Translations under genes and position numbers: made by a program
The notes under the pieces: generated by a model
What the model was told of the DNA's origin: nothing
The model's input: only the letters and a program-made list of their open reading frames with translations
The model's database searches: none
Source: Smithellaceae bacterium
Lineage (GTDB): Bacteria > Desulfobacterota > Syntrophia > Syntrophales > Smithellaceae
Assembly (NCBI GenBank): GCA_963667845.2
Contig: CAXXVL010000002.1
Span: 1,568,001-1,632,000, forward strand
Length of the DNA stretch: 64,000 nt
Direction: 5' to 3'
In this document: piece after piece, positions 19,416 through 28,966 of the stretch
Numbering within the stretch: position 1 is the first letter of the stretch
Layout of the letters: each line of letters opens with the position of its first letter

Positions 19416-19447
19416 TAATTCCTTTTTTTGAATGGAAGGCATAGGGC

Positions 19448-20185
19448 ATGGAGGCAGTTTACGGCATAAACCCCATTAAGAGCCTGCTTTCCCTGCAAGA
19501 GACGCCTCTCAAAAGAATCATTATTGCAGACGGCCGAAGTGGTCCAGCCATCAAGGGAATTATTGATACCGCCCGTCAAAGGAAGATACCCGTGGAATGG
19601 AGATCCCGCCAGCATCTTGATGAGATGGCCGGATCTCCGGATCATCAGGGGATCATCGGCCTTCGCGATTTATTTGCTTATGCCGATTTGGACGATTTGC
19701 TTAAGAACCGCTGCCCTCAGCTAGCGAATGATCTGATTTTGATGCTCGACAGCATTCTCGATCCTCAGAATTTGGGATCGATTATCCGTAGCGCTTATTG
19801 CCTGGGTGCCAACGGCGTGATCATCCCCACAGATCGGACGGCTTCAGTTACACCGACTGTGATTAAAGCATCTGCCGGCAGTGCCGAACAACTGCCGATC
19901 GCTCGCGTGACGAATCTATCCCAGACCATCGATTATCTGAAAAATAAAGGTTTCTGGATTTACGGGGCTGATGCCCATGGTGGAAAGAACATCAGGGAAC
20001 AGAGCTTTAACGGTCAAGTCGTTTTGGTCCTGGGCAGCGAAGCCAGGGGAATACGGCCTCTGGTGAAGAAAAAATGTGATTATTTGGTCACGATTCCCAT
20101 GACGGGAACTTTCGACTCTTTCAATGTCGCTGTTGCAGCCGGAATCATTCAATACGAAATCTTTATTCAGCGCCAGATGAAATAA
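19448..20185 (+). CDS. rlmB: 23S rRNA Gm2251 2'-O-methyltransferase (TrmH family)
   Basis: HQGI, DPQNLGSIIRSA, KASAG, LGSEARG, SFNVAVAAG. Confidence 0.92.
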   Translation: MEAVYGINPIKSLLSLQETPLKRIIIADGRSGPAIKGIIDTARQRKIPVEWRSRQHLDEMAGSPDHQGIIGLRDLFAYADLDDLLKNRCPQLANDLILMLDSILDPQNLGSIIRSAYCLGANGVIIPTDRTASVTPTVIKASAGSAEQLPIARVTNLSQTIDYLKNKGFWIYGADAHGGKNIREQSFNGQVVLVLGSEARGIRPLVKKKCDYLVTIPMTGTFDSFNVAVAAGIIQYEIFIQRQMK

Positions 20186-20240
20186 TCTGTGATGCGGCGC
20201 ACACGCGCACCGGAAATCAATGATTTTCTAATTTAACTGG

Positions 20241-20269
20241 TTGAAACTACATGGGAGATGGTTTATGAT
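20241..20269 (+). promoter_or_regulatory. sigma70-like promoter of pilC
   Basis: TTGAAA, 17 bp spacer, TATGAT. Confidence 0.45.
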
Positions 20270-20313
20270 ACTCCGCAAAAGAAATTATTCTGATTAAAGA
20301 AAGGATCTCAACT

Positions 20314-21519
20314 ATGCCTGTTTTCCTTTGGGAAGGAACAACGAAAAAGGATGAAGTGAAAAAAGGCGAAATGGAAGCCGCTGACGAACTAGCCGTTCGG
20401 ACGTCGTTGAGACGGCAGGGTTATAAGTCCATTGAGGTTCGGAAAAAACCAAAAGATCTGATGGAGTACCTCCCCTTTTTGGCAGGACGGGTAAAAGAGA
20501 AGGATGTCGTGGTTTTCTGCCGGATCTTTTCTACGATGATTAATGCCGGCTTACCTCTCATCCAGTGTTTGGATCTGCTGGCTCAGCAGGAGCAAAATAA
20601 GGCTTTCTCCAAAATCATCCGCTCCGTAAAAGAGGACATCGAGGGAGGCACCAGTCTGACGGATGCGCTGAAAAAATATCCGAAGGTGTTTGATGAATTA
20701 TTTGTTAACTTAATTGCAGCCGGCGAAGCCGGCGGTATTCTGGATGTCGTTTTGGGGCGCCTTTCTAATTATCTGGAAAAAGCTTTAAAGCTGAAGAGAA
20801 AGGTCAAAAGCGCCATGACTTATCCGATAGCGGTTCTCGTCATTTCTTTTGCGGTCGTCGCCGTACTTCTGCTTAAAGTTATCCCTGTCTTTCAAAAAAT
20901 GTTTGAAGGCTCTGGAGCCGAACTTCCCGGCCCGACGGCGATGGTCATTGGGATGAGTCAGTTTGCACAGAGTTATTGGTGGATTATTTTTGCGGTAATC
21001 ATTTTGATCGTGGTAGCCATTGGTCAATTCTATAAGACCCAGAAAGGCCGGTGGGTGATAGATTCGGCTGTCCTTCGCGCTCCGATTTTCGGTCCGGTGA
21101 TGAAGAAGGTTGCGGTAGCTAAATTCTCACGGACTATGGCGACCATGATGAGTTCCGGCGTTCCGATATTGGAAGGATTGAATATCGTCAGCAAGACAGC
21201 AGGTAATGTGGTTGTGGAAAATGCCTTGATGAAAACCCGTCAAAGCATCAGCGAAGGTCAGTCTATTGCCGAGCCGTTATCGGTAGCCGGCATATTCCCG
21301 CCGATGGTTGTTCAAATGATAGCGGTTGGTGAAGCGACCGGTGCGTTAGATTCCATGCTCAATAAAATTGCCGATTTCTACGATGATGAAGTCGATGCGG
21401 CTGTGGAGGCCATGACATCTCTTCTGGAACCGGTTATGATGATTTTTCTTGGCGGGATAGTCGGTGGTATGATTATCGCTATGTACTTGCCGATCTTCAA
21501 GCTGGCATCTGTCGTATGA
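20314..21519 (+). CDS. pilC: type IV pilus platform protein (T2SS F family)
   Basis: AGEAGGILD, KVKSAMTYP, MIAVGEATGALD, AMYLPIF. Confidence 0.93.
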   Translation: MPVFLWEGTTKKDEVKKGEMEAADELAVRTSLRRQGYKSIEVRKKPKDLMEYLPFLAGRVKEKDVVVFCRIFSTMINAGLPLIQCLDLLAQQEQNKAFSKIIRSVKEDIEGGTSLTDALKKYPKVFDELFVNLIAAGEAGGILDVVLGRLSNYLEKALKLKRKVKSAMTYPIAVLVISFAVVAVLLLKVIPVFQKMFEGSGAELPGPTAMVIGMSQFAQSYWWIIFAVIILIVVAIGQFYKTQKGRWVIDSAVLRAPIFGPVMKKVAVAKFSRTMATMMSSGVPILEGLNIVSKTAGNVVVENALMKTRQSISEGQSIAEPLSVAGIFPPMVVQMIAVGEATGALDSMLNKIADFYDDEVDAAVEAMTSLLEPVMMIFLGGIVGGMIIAMYLPIFKLASVV

Positions 21520-21540
21520 TCTGAAGAGGAAAAATAAAAA

Positions 21541-21617
21541 TGGTCGGGATGGCGCGATTTGAACGCGCGACTCCTGCGTCCCGAACGCAGTGCCCTACCA
21601 AGCTGGGCCACATCCCG
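21541..21617 (-). tRNA. tRNA-Pro(CGG)
   Basis: Minus strand CGGGATGTGGCCCAGCTTGGT..CTGCG-TTCGGGA-CGCAG..GTTCAAAT..CATCCCGACCA. Confidence 0.95.
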
Positions 21618-21710
21618 ACACGGTGTGGGACGTTATAAAATTTATTACCAAATGTCCACATGTTTTTATGAATGTGAGACGAAATTATTTTTATTGTGAG
21701 TAACTGATCC

Positions 21711-22127
21711 GTGATTATTTACGACGTGAAATGCGAAAATGGCCATAAGTTCGAAGGTTGGTTTAAGGACCGTCAGGCATGGATTGAACAAAATGCCCAG
21801 AGGTTGATTTGTTGTCCGGTCTGTAACAGTTCAAATGTGGAAATTGCACCTTCGTCCATTACGATCATGGGCAAGGATTCTAAAGCAGTTGACAAAGCTA
21901 TTGATAAAAAAATGTCCCCTGATCAAGCTCTTCAGTTGTTTCATCAATATATTGAAAACAATTTTGAAGATGTCGGGAATAAATTCGCTGAAGTTGCACT
22001 GAAAATACACTGTGGGGATGAAGAGAAAAGAAACATCAAGGGTACAACGACTCCGCAGGAAGAAGCGGACCTGAAAGAAGAAGGTGTTTCATTCATCAAA
22101 ATTCCTCTGCCCAAAATGGACAGCTGA
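21711..22127 (+). CDS. DUF1178 family protein
   Basis: MIIYDVKCENGHKFEGWF, CPVC, EDVGNKFAEVALKIH, LKEEGV. Confidence 0.88.
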   Translation: MIIYDVKCENGHKFEGWFKDRQAWIEQNAQRLICCPVCNSSNVEIAPSSITIMGKDSKAVDKAIDKKMSPDQALQLFHQYIENNFEDVGNKFAEVALKIHCGDEEKRNIKGTTTPQEEADLKEEGVSFIKIPLPKMDS

Positions 22128-22215
22128 TCCACCAAATCTCCAGTAAGATTTCTTGACTGTTAAGAATCCTTTATCTATGAAGGAAGGACTCATTATTGAT
22201 AAAAGGCCATAGCTT

Positions 22216-24531
22216 ATGATGAACTCGTACAAAAGTATCATTGATGGTATCGGTAACACGCCTCTTGTGGAAATATCAAAACTTAATCCAAACAAAAGGG
22301 TAAAAATCTTTGCCAAATTGGAGTCTTCCAATCCTGGCGGTTCTATCAAGGACCGTACCGCCTTATACATGATTGAAAATGCCGAAAAAAGGGGAGAGTT
22401 GATTCCCGGCAAGACTATTTTGGAGGCAACCAGCGGCAACACGGGCATAGGACTGGCCATGATCGCCGCGGCCAAGGGCTATAAGCTCTGTCTCACGATG
22501 TCCGAGTCGGCCAGTGAAGAACGAAAGAAAATATTAAGGGCTATGGGAGTGGAATTGATTTTTACGCCCGCATCTCAAGGAACAGATGGTGCCATCGAGG
22601 TTGCTTATCGGATGCTCCGGGAACAGCCCGGAAAGTTTTTTGGTACTGATCAGTTTAACAACGAAGACAATGTTGCCGCCCACTATTTCGGGACCGCCCA
22701 GGAAATATGGGATCAGACGGAAGGTCAGGTGACTGCGGTCGTTGCCACACTTGGTACGACGGGAACGGCAATGGGTATTTCTAAAAGACTCAAAGAACTC
22801 AATAAAAATATCAAAATTATCGGTGTCGAACCGTATTTGCAGCACAAGATCCAAGGACTCAAGAATATGCGCGAGTCCTACCGACCGGGAATTTTTGATA
22901 AGAAGCGTCTTGACGAGAAAGTAAATATTCTGGATGAAGACGCTTTTGAGATGTCCCGCAGGCTCGCCCGGGAGGAAGGTATCCTGGCGGGCATGAGTTC
23001 CGGAGCGGCTATGTTTGTGGCTGCTGAAAAGGCCAAAGAAATGGAACAGGGTCTCATTGTGGTCATTTTCCCGGATAGCGGAGAGCGTTACTTAAGTACC
23101 GAATTATTTGCTGTCAAAGAAGAATTAGCCTCGATAAGTCTTTATAATATTTTGAAACGGCAAAAGAAGCTTTTTCGACCGTTGAAATCGGAAGAAGTGC
23201 TGATGCGCACGTGCGGTCCAACGGTCCACGATGCGCCTCATTTGGGGAACTATCGGCGACTCGTGATTTCCGATTTGCTTGGCCGCTATCTCACGTTTAA
23301 GGGCTACAAGGTTAAGCATGTCATTGATATTGTTGATTTTACTGACAAGTCCATTAAAGGATCGGAAAAAGCGGCAATGGATCTGTCGGACTATTCAAAT
23401 AAATATCTGCAGATATTTCTGGATGATGCGCACTTTTTGAAGATTCGACCGGATAACATATATGTGAAAGCTTCCGACAACGTTGATGCCATGCTCACAA
23501 TTGTCGAGAAACTGGTCGATAAAAGCTACGCATACGAAAAACTGCATTCCGTCTATTTTGATATTTCCAAATTGGCCGATTATGGGCGTCTCTCCAATAT
23601 CGATTTAACCAAGACGAGGCTGCGTCGTTCAATTGATCTTGATGACTATGAGAAAGACAGTCCTGCTGATTTTGCTCTGCTGAAGCGGGCGAATTTGGGT
23701 GAGCTGAAAAGGGGAATTTATCACAAAACAAAGTGGGGTAATGCCCGGCCGAGCTGGCATCTGGAATGCGCAGCGATATCGCAGAAATATTTGGGTACGG
23801 CGTACGACATTCACATCAGCGGCGCTGATGAGACTTTTCCCCATTGTGAAAATATTGTGGCAATTAACAAAGCGTTTTCAAACCATAGCGGAGCAAACTA
23901 TTGGATTGGCGTGGAACTGATTCTGGTCGATGGTCGAAAGATGTCCCGTTCATTGAATAATGCAGTCACGATTGCCAACCTGAAACAGGATGGTTATATT
24001 GGAAGAGACATCCGTTTCTTTCTACTGGGAATGAACTACCGCAAGCCGATCAGCTATTCTGAGAAAGCGTTGCAGGTAGCAAAAAACACAATCAAGAGAA
24101 TGGACACATTCATCCATCGGCTTCAAGCGATTGAGATTGATGTTCAAAAATTTACTGATATTGATCAGGCTATCTATGATCTTCATCATGGACTGGAAAA
24201 CGCATTGGATGATGATATGAATATAGCGAGTGCTTTAGCGTCGCTCTTTGATTTCATCGGTAAGATTAACACGCCGCTGGCGCAGGGGCAAATCGGCAGG
24301 ACGGATGCTGGAAAAGTCATCAAAGCTCTCGAGAAGATAAATGAAATACTGGGGATAATGGATTTCGAGGAGCACCCGCTTCGCAATGATATTAGTGAGT
24401 TAATTCAAAAAAGAGAAGCTGCCAGAAAAGCTCGTAAATGGGAAGAAGCGGATGCGCTGAGAACTCAATTGGCCCAGAGCGGCATCGAAATATTGGACGG
24501 TCCACGCGGAGCAATCTGGCATTTCAGGTAG
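22216..24531 (+). CDS. fusion: N-terminal cysteine synthase (CysM/CysK, PLP) + C-terminal divergent cysteinyl-tRNA synthetase
   Basis: aa 1-~300: GNTPLV, NPGGSIKDR, EATSGNTG, FPDSGERYLST; remainder: CGPTV..HLGN, RPSWHLEC, FPHCEN, KMSRS, ALDDDMN, C-terminal anticodon-binding helix. Confidence 0.9.
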   Translation: MMNSYKSIIDGIGNTPLVEISKLNPNKRVKIFAKLESSNPGGSIKDRTALYMIENAEKRGELIPGKTILEATSGNTGIGLAMIAAAKGYKLCLTMSESASEERKKILRAMGVELIFTPASQGTDGAIEVAYRMLREQPGKFFGTDQFNNEDNVAAHYFGTAQEIWDQTEGQVTAVVATLGTTGTAMGISKRLKELNKNIKIIGVEPYLQHKIQGLKNMRESYRPGIFDKKRLDEKVNILDEDAFEMSRRLAREEGILAGMSSGAAMFVAAEKAKEMEQGLIVVIFPDSGERYLSTELFAVKEELASISLYNILKRQKKLFRPLKSEEVLMRTCGPTVHDAPHLGNYRRLVISDLLGRYLTFKGYKVKHVIDIVDFTDKSIKGSEKAAMDLSDYSNKYLQIFLDDAHFLKIRPDNIYVKASDNVDAMLTIVEKLVDKSYAYEKLHSVYFDISKLADYGRLSNIDLTKTRLRRSIDLDDYEKDSPADFALLKRANLGELKRGIYHKTKWGNARPSWHLECAAISQKYLGTAYDIHISGADETFPHCENIVAINKAFSNHSGANYWIGVELILVDGRKMSRSLNNAVTIANLKQDGYIGRDIRFFLLGMNYRKPISYSEKALQVAKNTIKRMDTFIHRLQAIEIDVQKFTDIDQAIYDLHHGLENALDDDMNIASALASLFDFIGKINTPLAQGQIGRTDAGKVIKALEKINEILGIMDFEEHPLRNDISELIQKREAARKARKWEEADALRTQLAQSGIEILDGPRGAIWHFR

Positions 24532-24538
24532 GAATAAT

Positions 24539-25360
24539 ATGGAAGGATTAAGAAAATCAATTTTAGCAGGATCCTGGTATCCTGCAGATCCTGACATTTT
24601 GAGACGTGATATCGAAAAATACATTCGAAATGTGCCCGACCAAGAGCTGGAAGGTGATATTGTAAGCATAATTGTACCTCATGCCGGTTATACTTATTCC
24701 GGTCAGGTAGCAGCCTATGCCTACAAGCTGATTCAGGGAAAAAATTATGATGCAGTCATTATTGTCGGACCGAGTCACAGAGTCGCTTTCCGAGTTATAT
24801 CCATATACAGTCAAGGAGCTTTTGAAACGCCTCTGGACGTGACTCCCATCGATGAGCGCATCGCCGCAGAAATGAAGCATATAAACAAAATTATTGTTGA
24901 TTACCCGGCCGCCCATGCTCAGGAACATTCTCTAGAAATTCAACTCCCTTTCCTGCAAAGTGTTTTAGGGCGGTTTTCTTTTATTCCATTGATTATGGGA
25001 GATCAGAGCGCGGCGATCTGTCGGGAACTTGCCTCCGTGATCAGTCAAGTGGCCGAAGGGCGCCGAATTTTGATTGTGGCCAGCAGCGATTTGTCTCATT
25101 TTCACAATTATCAAAAGGCAAAAGAACTTGATGAAATTGTTCTTAAAGAAATAAAAAATGACAATGCAGAAGGACTCCTGAATGATTTGGCTCATGGGAA
25201 AACCGAAGCCTGCGGAGGGGGGCCGGTGGCTGTAGCCATGCTGGCTGCAAGTCAATTGGGCGCCCATCGTTCGCAGTTGCTGAAATACGCCAATTCAGGG
25301 GATGTAACAGGAGATAAAGAGTCAGTGGTCGGTTATATGTCGGCAGCTCTTTATAGGTAA
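24539..25360 (+). CDS. amrB: AmmeMemoRadiSam system protein B (MEMO1 family)
   Basis: AGSWYP, VPHAGYTYSG, GPSH, EHSLEIQLPFLQ, SSDLSH, ACGGGP, YANSGD. Confidence 0.92.
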   Translation: MEGLRKSILAGSWYPADPDILRRDIEKYIRNVPDQELEGDIVSIIVPHAGYTYSGQVAAYAYKLIQGKNYDAVIIVGPSHRVAFRVISIYSQGAFETPLDVTPIDERIAAEMKHINKIIVDYPAAHAQEHSLEIQLPFLQSVLGRFSFIPLIMGDQSAAICRELASVISQVAEGRRILIVASSDLSHFHNYQKAKELDEIVLKEIKNDNAEGLLNDLAHGKTEACGGGPVAVAMLAASQLGAHRSQLLKYANSGDVTGDKESVVGYMSAALYR

Positions 25361-25374
25361 AAGCAGGGGATAAT

Positions 25375-25923
25375 ATGGAATTAACAGATCAGGAAAAAAA
25401 GACACTTCTGGAGATAGCTAAAAGGGCGATTGTCGCCAAGGCTGGAAACAGAGAATTACCTAAAGTAACGATAGATTTGCCTATTCTCAAAGAAAAGAGG
25501 GGAGCTTTTGTCACCTTGAAAAAGCGTGGACACCTGCGGGGTTGCATCGGATACATTAAGGCAGTTAAACCTCTTGGCGATACGGTGCAGGAAATGGCCG
25601 TCGCCGCTGCTTTTCATGATCCGCGCTTCCCATCGGTCAAAGGTGAAGAGATCCGGGATCTAAGCTTCGAGATATCCGTCCTAAGTCCGTTGCAAAAGAT
25701 ACAAAATATTGAGGATATTGAAGTAGGGAAGCACGGACTTTTTATCGTCCGGGGTTATAATTCCGGCTTGCTCCTGCCGCAGGTGGCAACGGAATATGGC
25801 TGGGATCGGGAAACGTTTCTGAAAGAGACCTGTTATAAGGCCGGTTTGCCACCCCGGGCATGGAAAGATAAGGAAACTGAAATATATATTTTCTCAGCAG
25901 ATTATTTCAGCGATAAAGATTAA
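25375..25923 (+). CDS. amrA: AmmeMemoRadiSam system protein A (AMMECR1 family)
   Basis: GAFVTL..LRGCIG, DPRF, EISVLS, GLLLPQVA, KAGL. Confidence 0.93.
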   Translation: MELTDQEKKTLLEIAKRAIVAKAGNRELPKVTIDLPILKEKRGAFVTLKKRGHLRGCIGYIKAVKPLGDTVQEMAVAAAFHDPRFPSVKGEEIRDLSFEISVLSPLQKIQNIEDIEVGKHGLFIVRGYNSGLLLPQVATEYGWDRETFLKETCYKAGLPPRAWKDKETEIYIFSADYFSDKD

Positions 25924-25974
25924 AATTCCTTCTTGTTCTTTTTCGCATTTTTTTGGAATAAATTAAAAATTTAC

Positions 25975-26003
25975 TTGACAAAAACAAGCATAAAAATTAA
26001 AGT
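25975..26003 (+). promoter_or_regulatory. sigma70-like promoter of the tRNA cluster
   Basis: AT-rich upstream tract, TTGACA, 17 bp spacer, TAAAGT. Confidence 0.65.
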
Positions 26004-26085
26004 CCGCAATTCGCACGAAGCAGTGTAGGTGTTTTCTTGCGTTCAAAGCAGGGGCTTCATGCGAAATGATGGGAATAAAAGGTTT

Positions 26086-26161
26086 GCTGGCGTAGCTCAA
26101 TCGGTAGAGCAGCTGATTTGTAATCAGCAGGTTGCGGGTTCAAGTCCCATCGCCAGCTCCA
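26086..26161 (+). tRNA. tRNA-Thr(TGT)
   Basis: Cloverleaf; anticodon arm CTGAT-TTGTAA-TCAG; encoded CCA. Confidence 0.95.
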
Positions 26162-26177
26162 GATGAGCAACATAACT

Positions 26178-26262
26178 GGAGGGGTTCCCGAGCGGCCAAA
26201 GGGAGCAGACTGTAAATCTGCCGGCGGAGCCTACGGAGGTTCGAACCCTCCCCCCTCCACCA
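26178..26262 (+). tRNA. tRNA-Tyr(GTA)
   Basis: GCAGA-CTGTAAA-TCTGC, long variable arm, CCA. Confidence 0.95.
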
Positions 26263-26281
26263 GTTTTTTATGAATAGGTAA

Positions 26282-26357
26282 GCGGGAGTAGCTCAGGGGC
26301 TAGAGCGTCAGCCTTCCAAGCTGAGGGTCGCGGGTTCGAATCCCGTTTCCCGCTCCA
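26282..26357 (+). tRNA. tRNA-Gly(TCC)
   Basis: TCAGC-CTTCCAA-GCTGA, CCA. Confidence 0.95.
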
Positions 26358-26396
26358 GGTATTTTTTGAATGCCGGTTGAAAAGTTTAACAGCCGT

Positions 26397-26472
26397 GCCC
26401 ACGTAGCTCAGTTGGTAGAGCACATCCTTGGTAAGGATGAGGTCACCAGTTCAATCCTGGTCGTGGGCTCCA
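26397..26472 (+). tRNA. tRNA-Thr(GGT)
   Basis: CATCC-TTGGTAA-GGATG, CCA. Confidence 0.95.
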
Positions 26473-26485
26473 GTGAAGGAGAATT

Positions 26486-26635
26486 ATGCGAAATAATATT
26501 ATTTTAGCTTGTACGGAATGTAAGCAGCGAAATTATACGACGACAAAGAATAAGCGTACCATGCAAAACCGTCTGGAAATGAAAAAATATTGCAAGTTTT
26601 GCCGTGGACACAAACTGCACAGGGAAACGAAGTAG
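26486..26635 (+). CDS. rpmG: 50S ribosomal protein L33 (Zn-binding type; not in ORF track)
   Basis: Manual translation [58 protein letters not shown]. Confidence 0.95.
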   Translation: MRNNIILACTECKQRNYTTTKNKRTMQNRLEMKKYCKFCRGHKLHRETK

Positions 26636-26648
26636 CTAAAACCAGGAC

Positions 26649-26725
26649 AGGCCAGTAGCTCTAATGGATAGAGCGCCGGACTCCAAATCCGGATGCTGGG
26701 GGTTCAAGTCCCTCCTGGCCTGCCA
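26649..26725 (+). tRNA. tRNA-Trp(CCA)
   Basis: CCGGA-CTCCAAA-TCCGG, CCA end. Confidence 0.95.
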
Positions 26726-26751
26726 GTTTTCCCGATAAAGAGGCTGATGAT

Positions 26752-26955
26752 ATGGAAAAAATCAAGTTGTTTGCAAATAAAGCGCTACAGTTTCTTTCGC
26801 AGGCAAAAGCTGAACTGAAAAAAGTTGCCTGGCCGACCAGAAAACAGACTTTGGCGTCGACAGGCGTTGTTGTGATTATTGTTGCAATCGTGGCTCTTTA
26901 TCTGGGAATTATTGATCTGATTCTCGCAAAATTAGTCAAGTTCTTTTTGGGTTAA
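26752..26955 (+). CDS. secE: preprotein translocase SecE
   Basis: ELKKVAWPT plus TM helix. Confidence 0.95.
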   Translation: MEKIKLFANKALQFLSQAKAELKKVAWPTRKQTLASTGVVVIIVAIVALYLGIIDLILAKLVKFFLG

Positions 26956-26959
26956 CTTC

Positions 26960-27493
26960 ATGGCTTTTAAATGGTACGTCGTACATACTTATTCGGGGTT
27001 TGAGAATAAGGTCAAAATGAGCCTTCAGGAAAGAATTGAACTGGCCGGCGCTCAAGCTGCCTTTTCGGATATTCTCATTCCGGAAGAAGATGTTGTGGAG
27101 TTGATCTCAGGAGAGAAAAAAACATCCAAGCGTAAGTTTTTCCCGGGCTATATCCTGGTGCGGATGGAGATGAGCGATGAAAACTGGCATATTGTCAAGA
27201 ATACGCCGAAGGTAACGGGTTTTATCGGCAGCAAGGATAAGCCTTCCCCGATTCCGGACAAAGATGTCGAGAATTTGAAAGTAAGAATTGATGAGGGAAC
27301 CCTTAAACCAAAACCGAAATTCAAGTTTGATGTTGGCGACCATGTCAAAATCATCGATGGTCCTTTCACCAATTTTGATGGCGTCATTGACGAAGTGCGC
27401 CCCGAAAAAAGTAAACTCAGGGTAATTGTGAGCATTTTCGGACGACCTACGCCGGTGGAGTTGGATTTCATTCAGGTAACCCAGGGGCAATAA
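26960..27493 (+). CDS. nusG: transcription factor NusG
   Basis: WYVVHTYSGFE, FPGYILV, KOW domain, IFGRPTPVEL. Confidence 0.97.
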   Translation: MAFKWYVVHTYSGFENKVKMSLQERIELAGAQAAFSDILIPEEDVVELISGEKKTSKRKFFPGYILVRMEMSDENWHIVKNTPKVTGFIGSKDKPSPIPDKDVENLKVRIDEGTLKPKPKFKFDVGDHVKIIDGPFTNFDGVIDEVRPEKSKLRVIVSIFGRPTPVELDFIQVTQGQ

Positions 27494-27555
27494 GGATAAT
27501 TGGTTTCAAGGCGCAAGGTTAAAGCCTAAAAAATTTTTAAGATCAGGTGATTGCT

Positions 27556-27981
27556 ATGGCAAAAAAAGTTATTGCGAATATTAAATTGCAGATTAAAGCG
27601 GGAAAGGCGACACCATCACCCCCTATCGGACCTGCATTAGGACAGCATGGTGTGAATATCATGGAATTTTGCAAGGCCTACAACGCCTTAACGCAAAATC
27701 AGGAAGGGATGATCATTCCGGTCGTAATTACTGTTTATGCCGATCGGTCATTTACCTTCATCACGAAAACGCCACCGGCTTCCGTCCTACTCAAACAAGC
27801 GGCCAAGGTCGCCAAAGGAGCAGCTGATCCCAAGCGGGAAAAAGTGGGAACGGTTACCGCGAAACAGGTTCAGGACATTGCGCAGGTGAAGTTCAATGAT
27901 TTGAACGCCGTCAATATCGAAGGTGCGGTCAAGATTATTGCCGGCACGGCAAGATCAATGGGAATTGAAATAGCAGGTTAA
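27556..27981 (+). CDS. rplK: 50S ribosomal protein L11
   Basis: [15 protein letters not shown]. Confidence 0.97.
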   Translation: MAKKVIANIKLQIKAGKATPSPPIGPALGQHGVNIMEFCKAYNALTQNQEGMIIPVVITVYADRSFTFITKTPPASVLLKQAAKVAKGAADPKREKVGTVTAKQVQDIAQVKFNDLNAVNIEGAVKIIAGTARSMGIEIAG

Positions 27982-27999
27982 TTAAAACGAGGGTTTATC

Positions 28000-28701
28000 A
28001 TGTTAAGACGAGGCAAACGCATCATAGCTGCGAAAGCTAAGGTTGAGCCGACCAAGCGTTACACGCTGAAAGAGGCTACGGAAATGGTTGTGTCATTGGC
28101 TGGAGTCAAATTCGACGAGACAGTGGATGCCGCTGTCCGGCTGGGCGTCAATCCGGCGCATGCTGATCAGATGGTTCGAGGCAGCGTGGTTCTTCCTAAT
28201 GGCCTGGGTAAAACCGTGCGCGTGCTGGTTTTTGCTAAAGGCGATAAAGAAAAAGAAGCGCTGGAAGCCGGAGCAGATATGGTCGGCAACGATGAAATTA
28301 TCGAGAAAATAAAAGGCGGCTGGATGGAATTTGACCGCGTTATTGCTACGCCGGATATGATGGGTTCCGTCGGGAAAATCGCTAAGATTCTGGGCCCGCG
28401 AGGGTTGATGCCGAATCCCAAAGTTGGAACGGTCACGTTTGATATTGCCAATGCCGTGAAGGAACTGAAAGCGGGTAAAGTGGAATTCCGCGTTGAGAAG
28501 GCTGGGATTGTTCATTCGCCGGTGGGTAAGGTGTCTTTTGGCGCTGAAAAACTTTACGAAAACGTTAATGCTCTTTTGGAGACTATCATTAAGCTGAAAC
28601 CGGCATCGAGTAAAGGCACGTATATTAAGAGTATCGCGCTGTCCAGCACGATGGGTGCCGGCGTGAGAATCGATCCTCTGGATATTAAGAGCGCAACATA
28701 G
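28000..28701 (+). CDS. rplA: 50S ribosomal protein L1
   Basis: [18 protein letters not shown]. Confidence 0.97.
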   Translation: MLRRGKRIIAAKAKVEPTKRYTLKEATEMVVSLAGVKFDETVDAAVRLGVNPAHADQMVRGSVVLPNGLGKTVRVLVFAKGDKEKEALEAGADMVGNDEIIEKIKGGWMEFDRVIATPDMMGSVGKIAKILGPRGLMPNPKVGTVTFDIANAVKELKAGKVEFRVEKAGIVHSPVGKVSFGAEKLYENVNALLETIIKLKPASSKGTYIKSIALSSTMGAGVRIDPLDIKSAT

Positions 28702-28759
28702 AGCATATCATTGCGACGGGCTTGAAGACAATAGCCCGGACGCGTGTAAAAAGAATTTG

Positions 28760-28905
28760 GTTTAGGTCGAAGACAGCAGGTACGACAGTTTAAACGGAAA
28801 GTGGCCTGCCGAGACTCGTAGAATAAAAATGTTACTGTATTTTTTGAGGTAGTCATTTTTCTGAAAACGGGGATCGGCATTTGGGCGGATGACCCGTTTT
28901 TCAAC
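28760..28905 (+). ncRNA. ribosomal protein L10 leader (autoregulatory RNA); boundaries approximate
   Basis: GTCGAAGACAGCAGG...TTAA...CCTGCCGAGAC core upstream of rplJ, followed by a GAAAACGGG/CCCGTTTTT hairpin. Confidence 0.75.
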
Positions 28906-28966
28906 TTCAGTATGTGGCTTATCTCTCCGGCCTCGAACAAAAATAATTTGAAAGGAGGCTGATAGA

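Noticed and set aside
21541..25923. Genomic island at tRNA-Pro (the region looks somewhat AT-richer)
   Set aside because: No integrase or duplicated tRNA 3' end seen, the region is on the tRNA's 5' side, and GC content was not computed.
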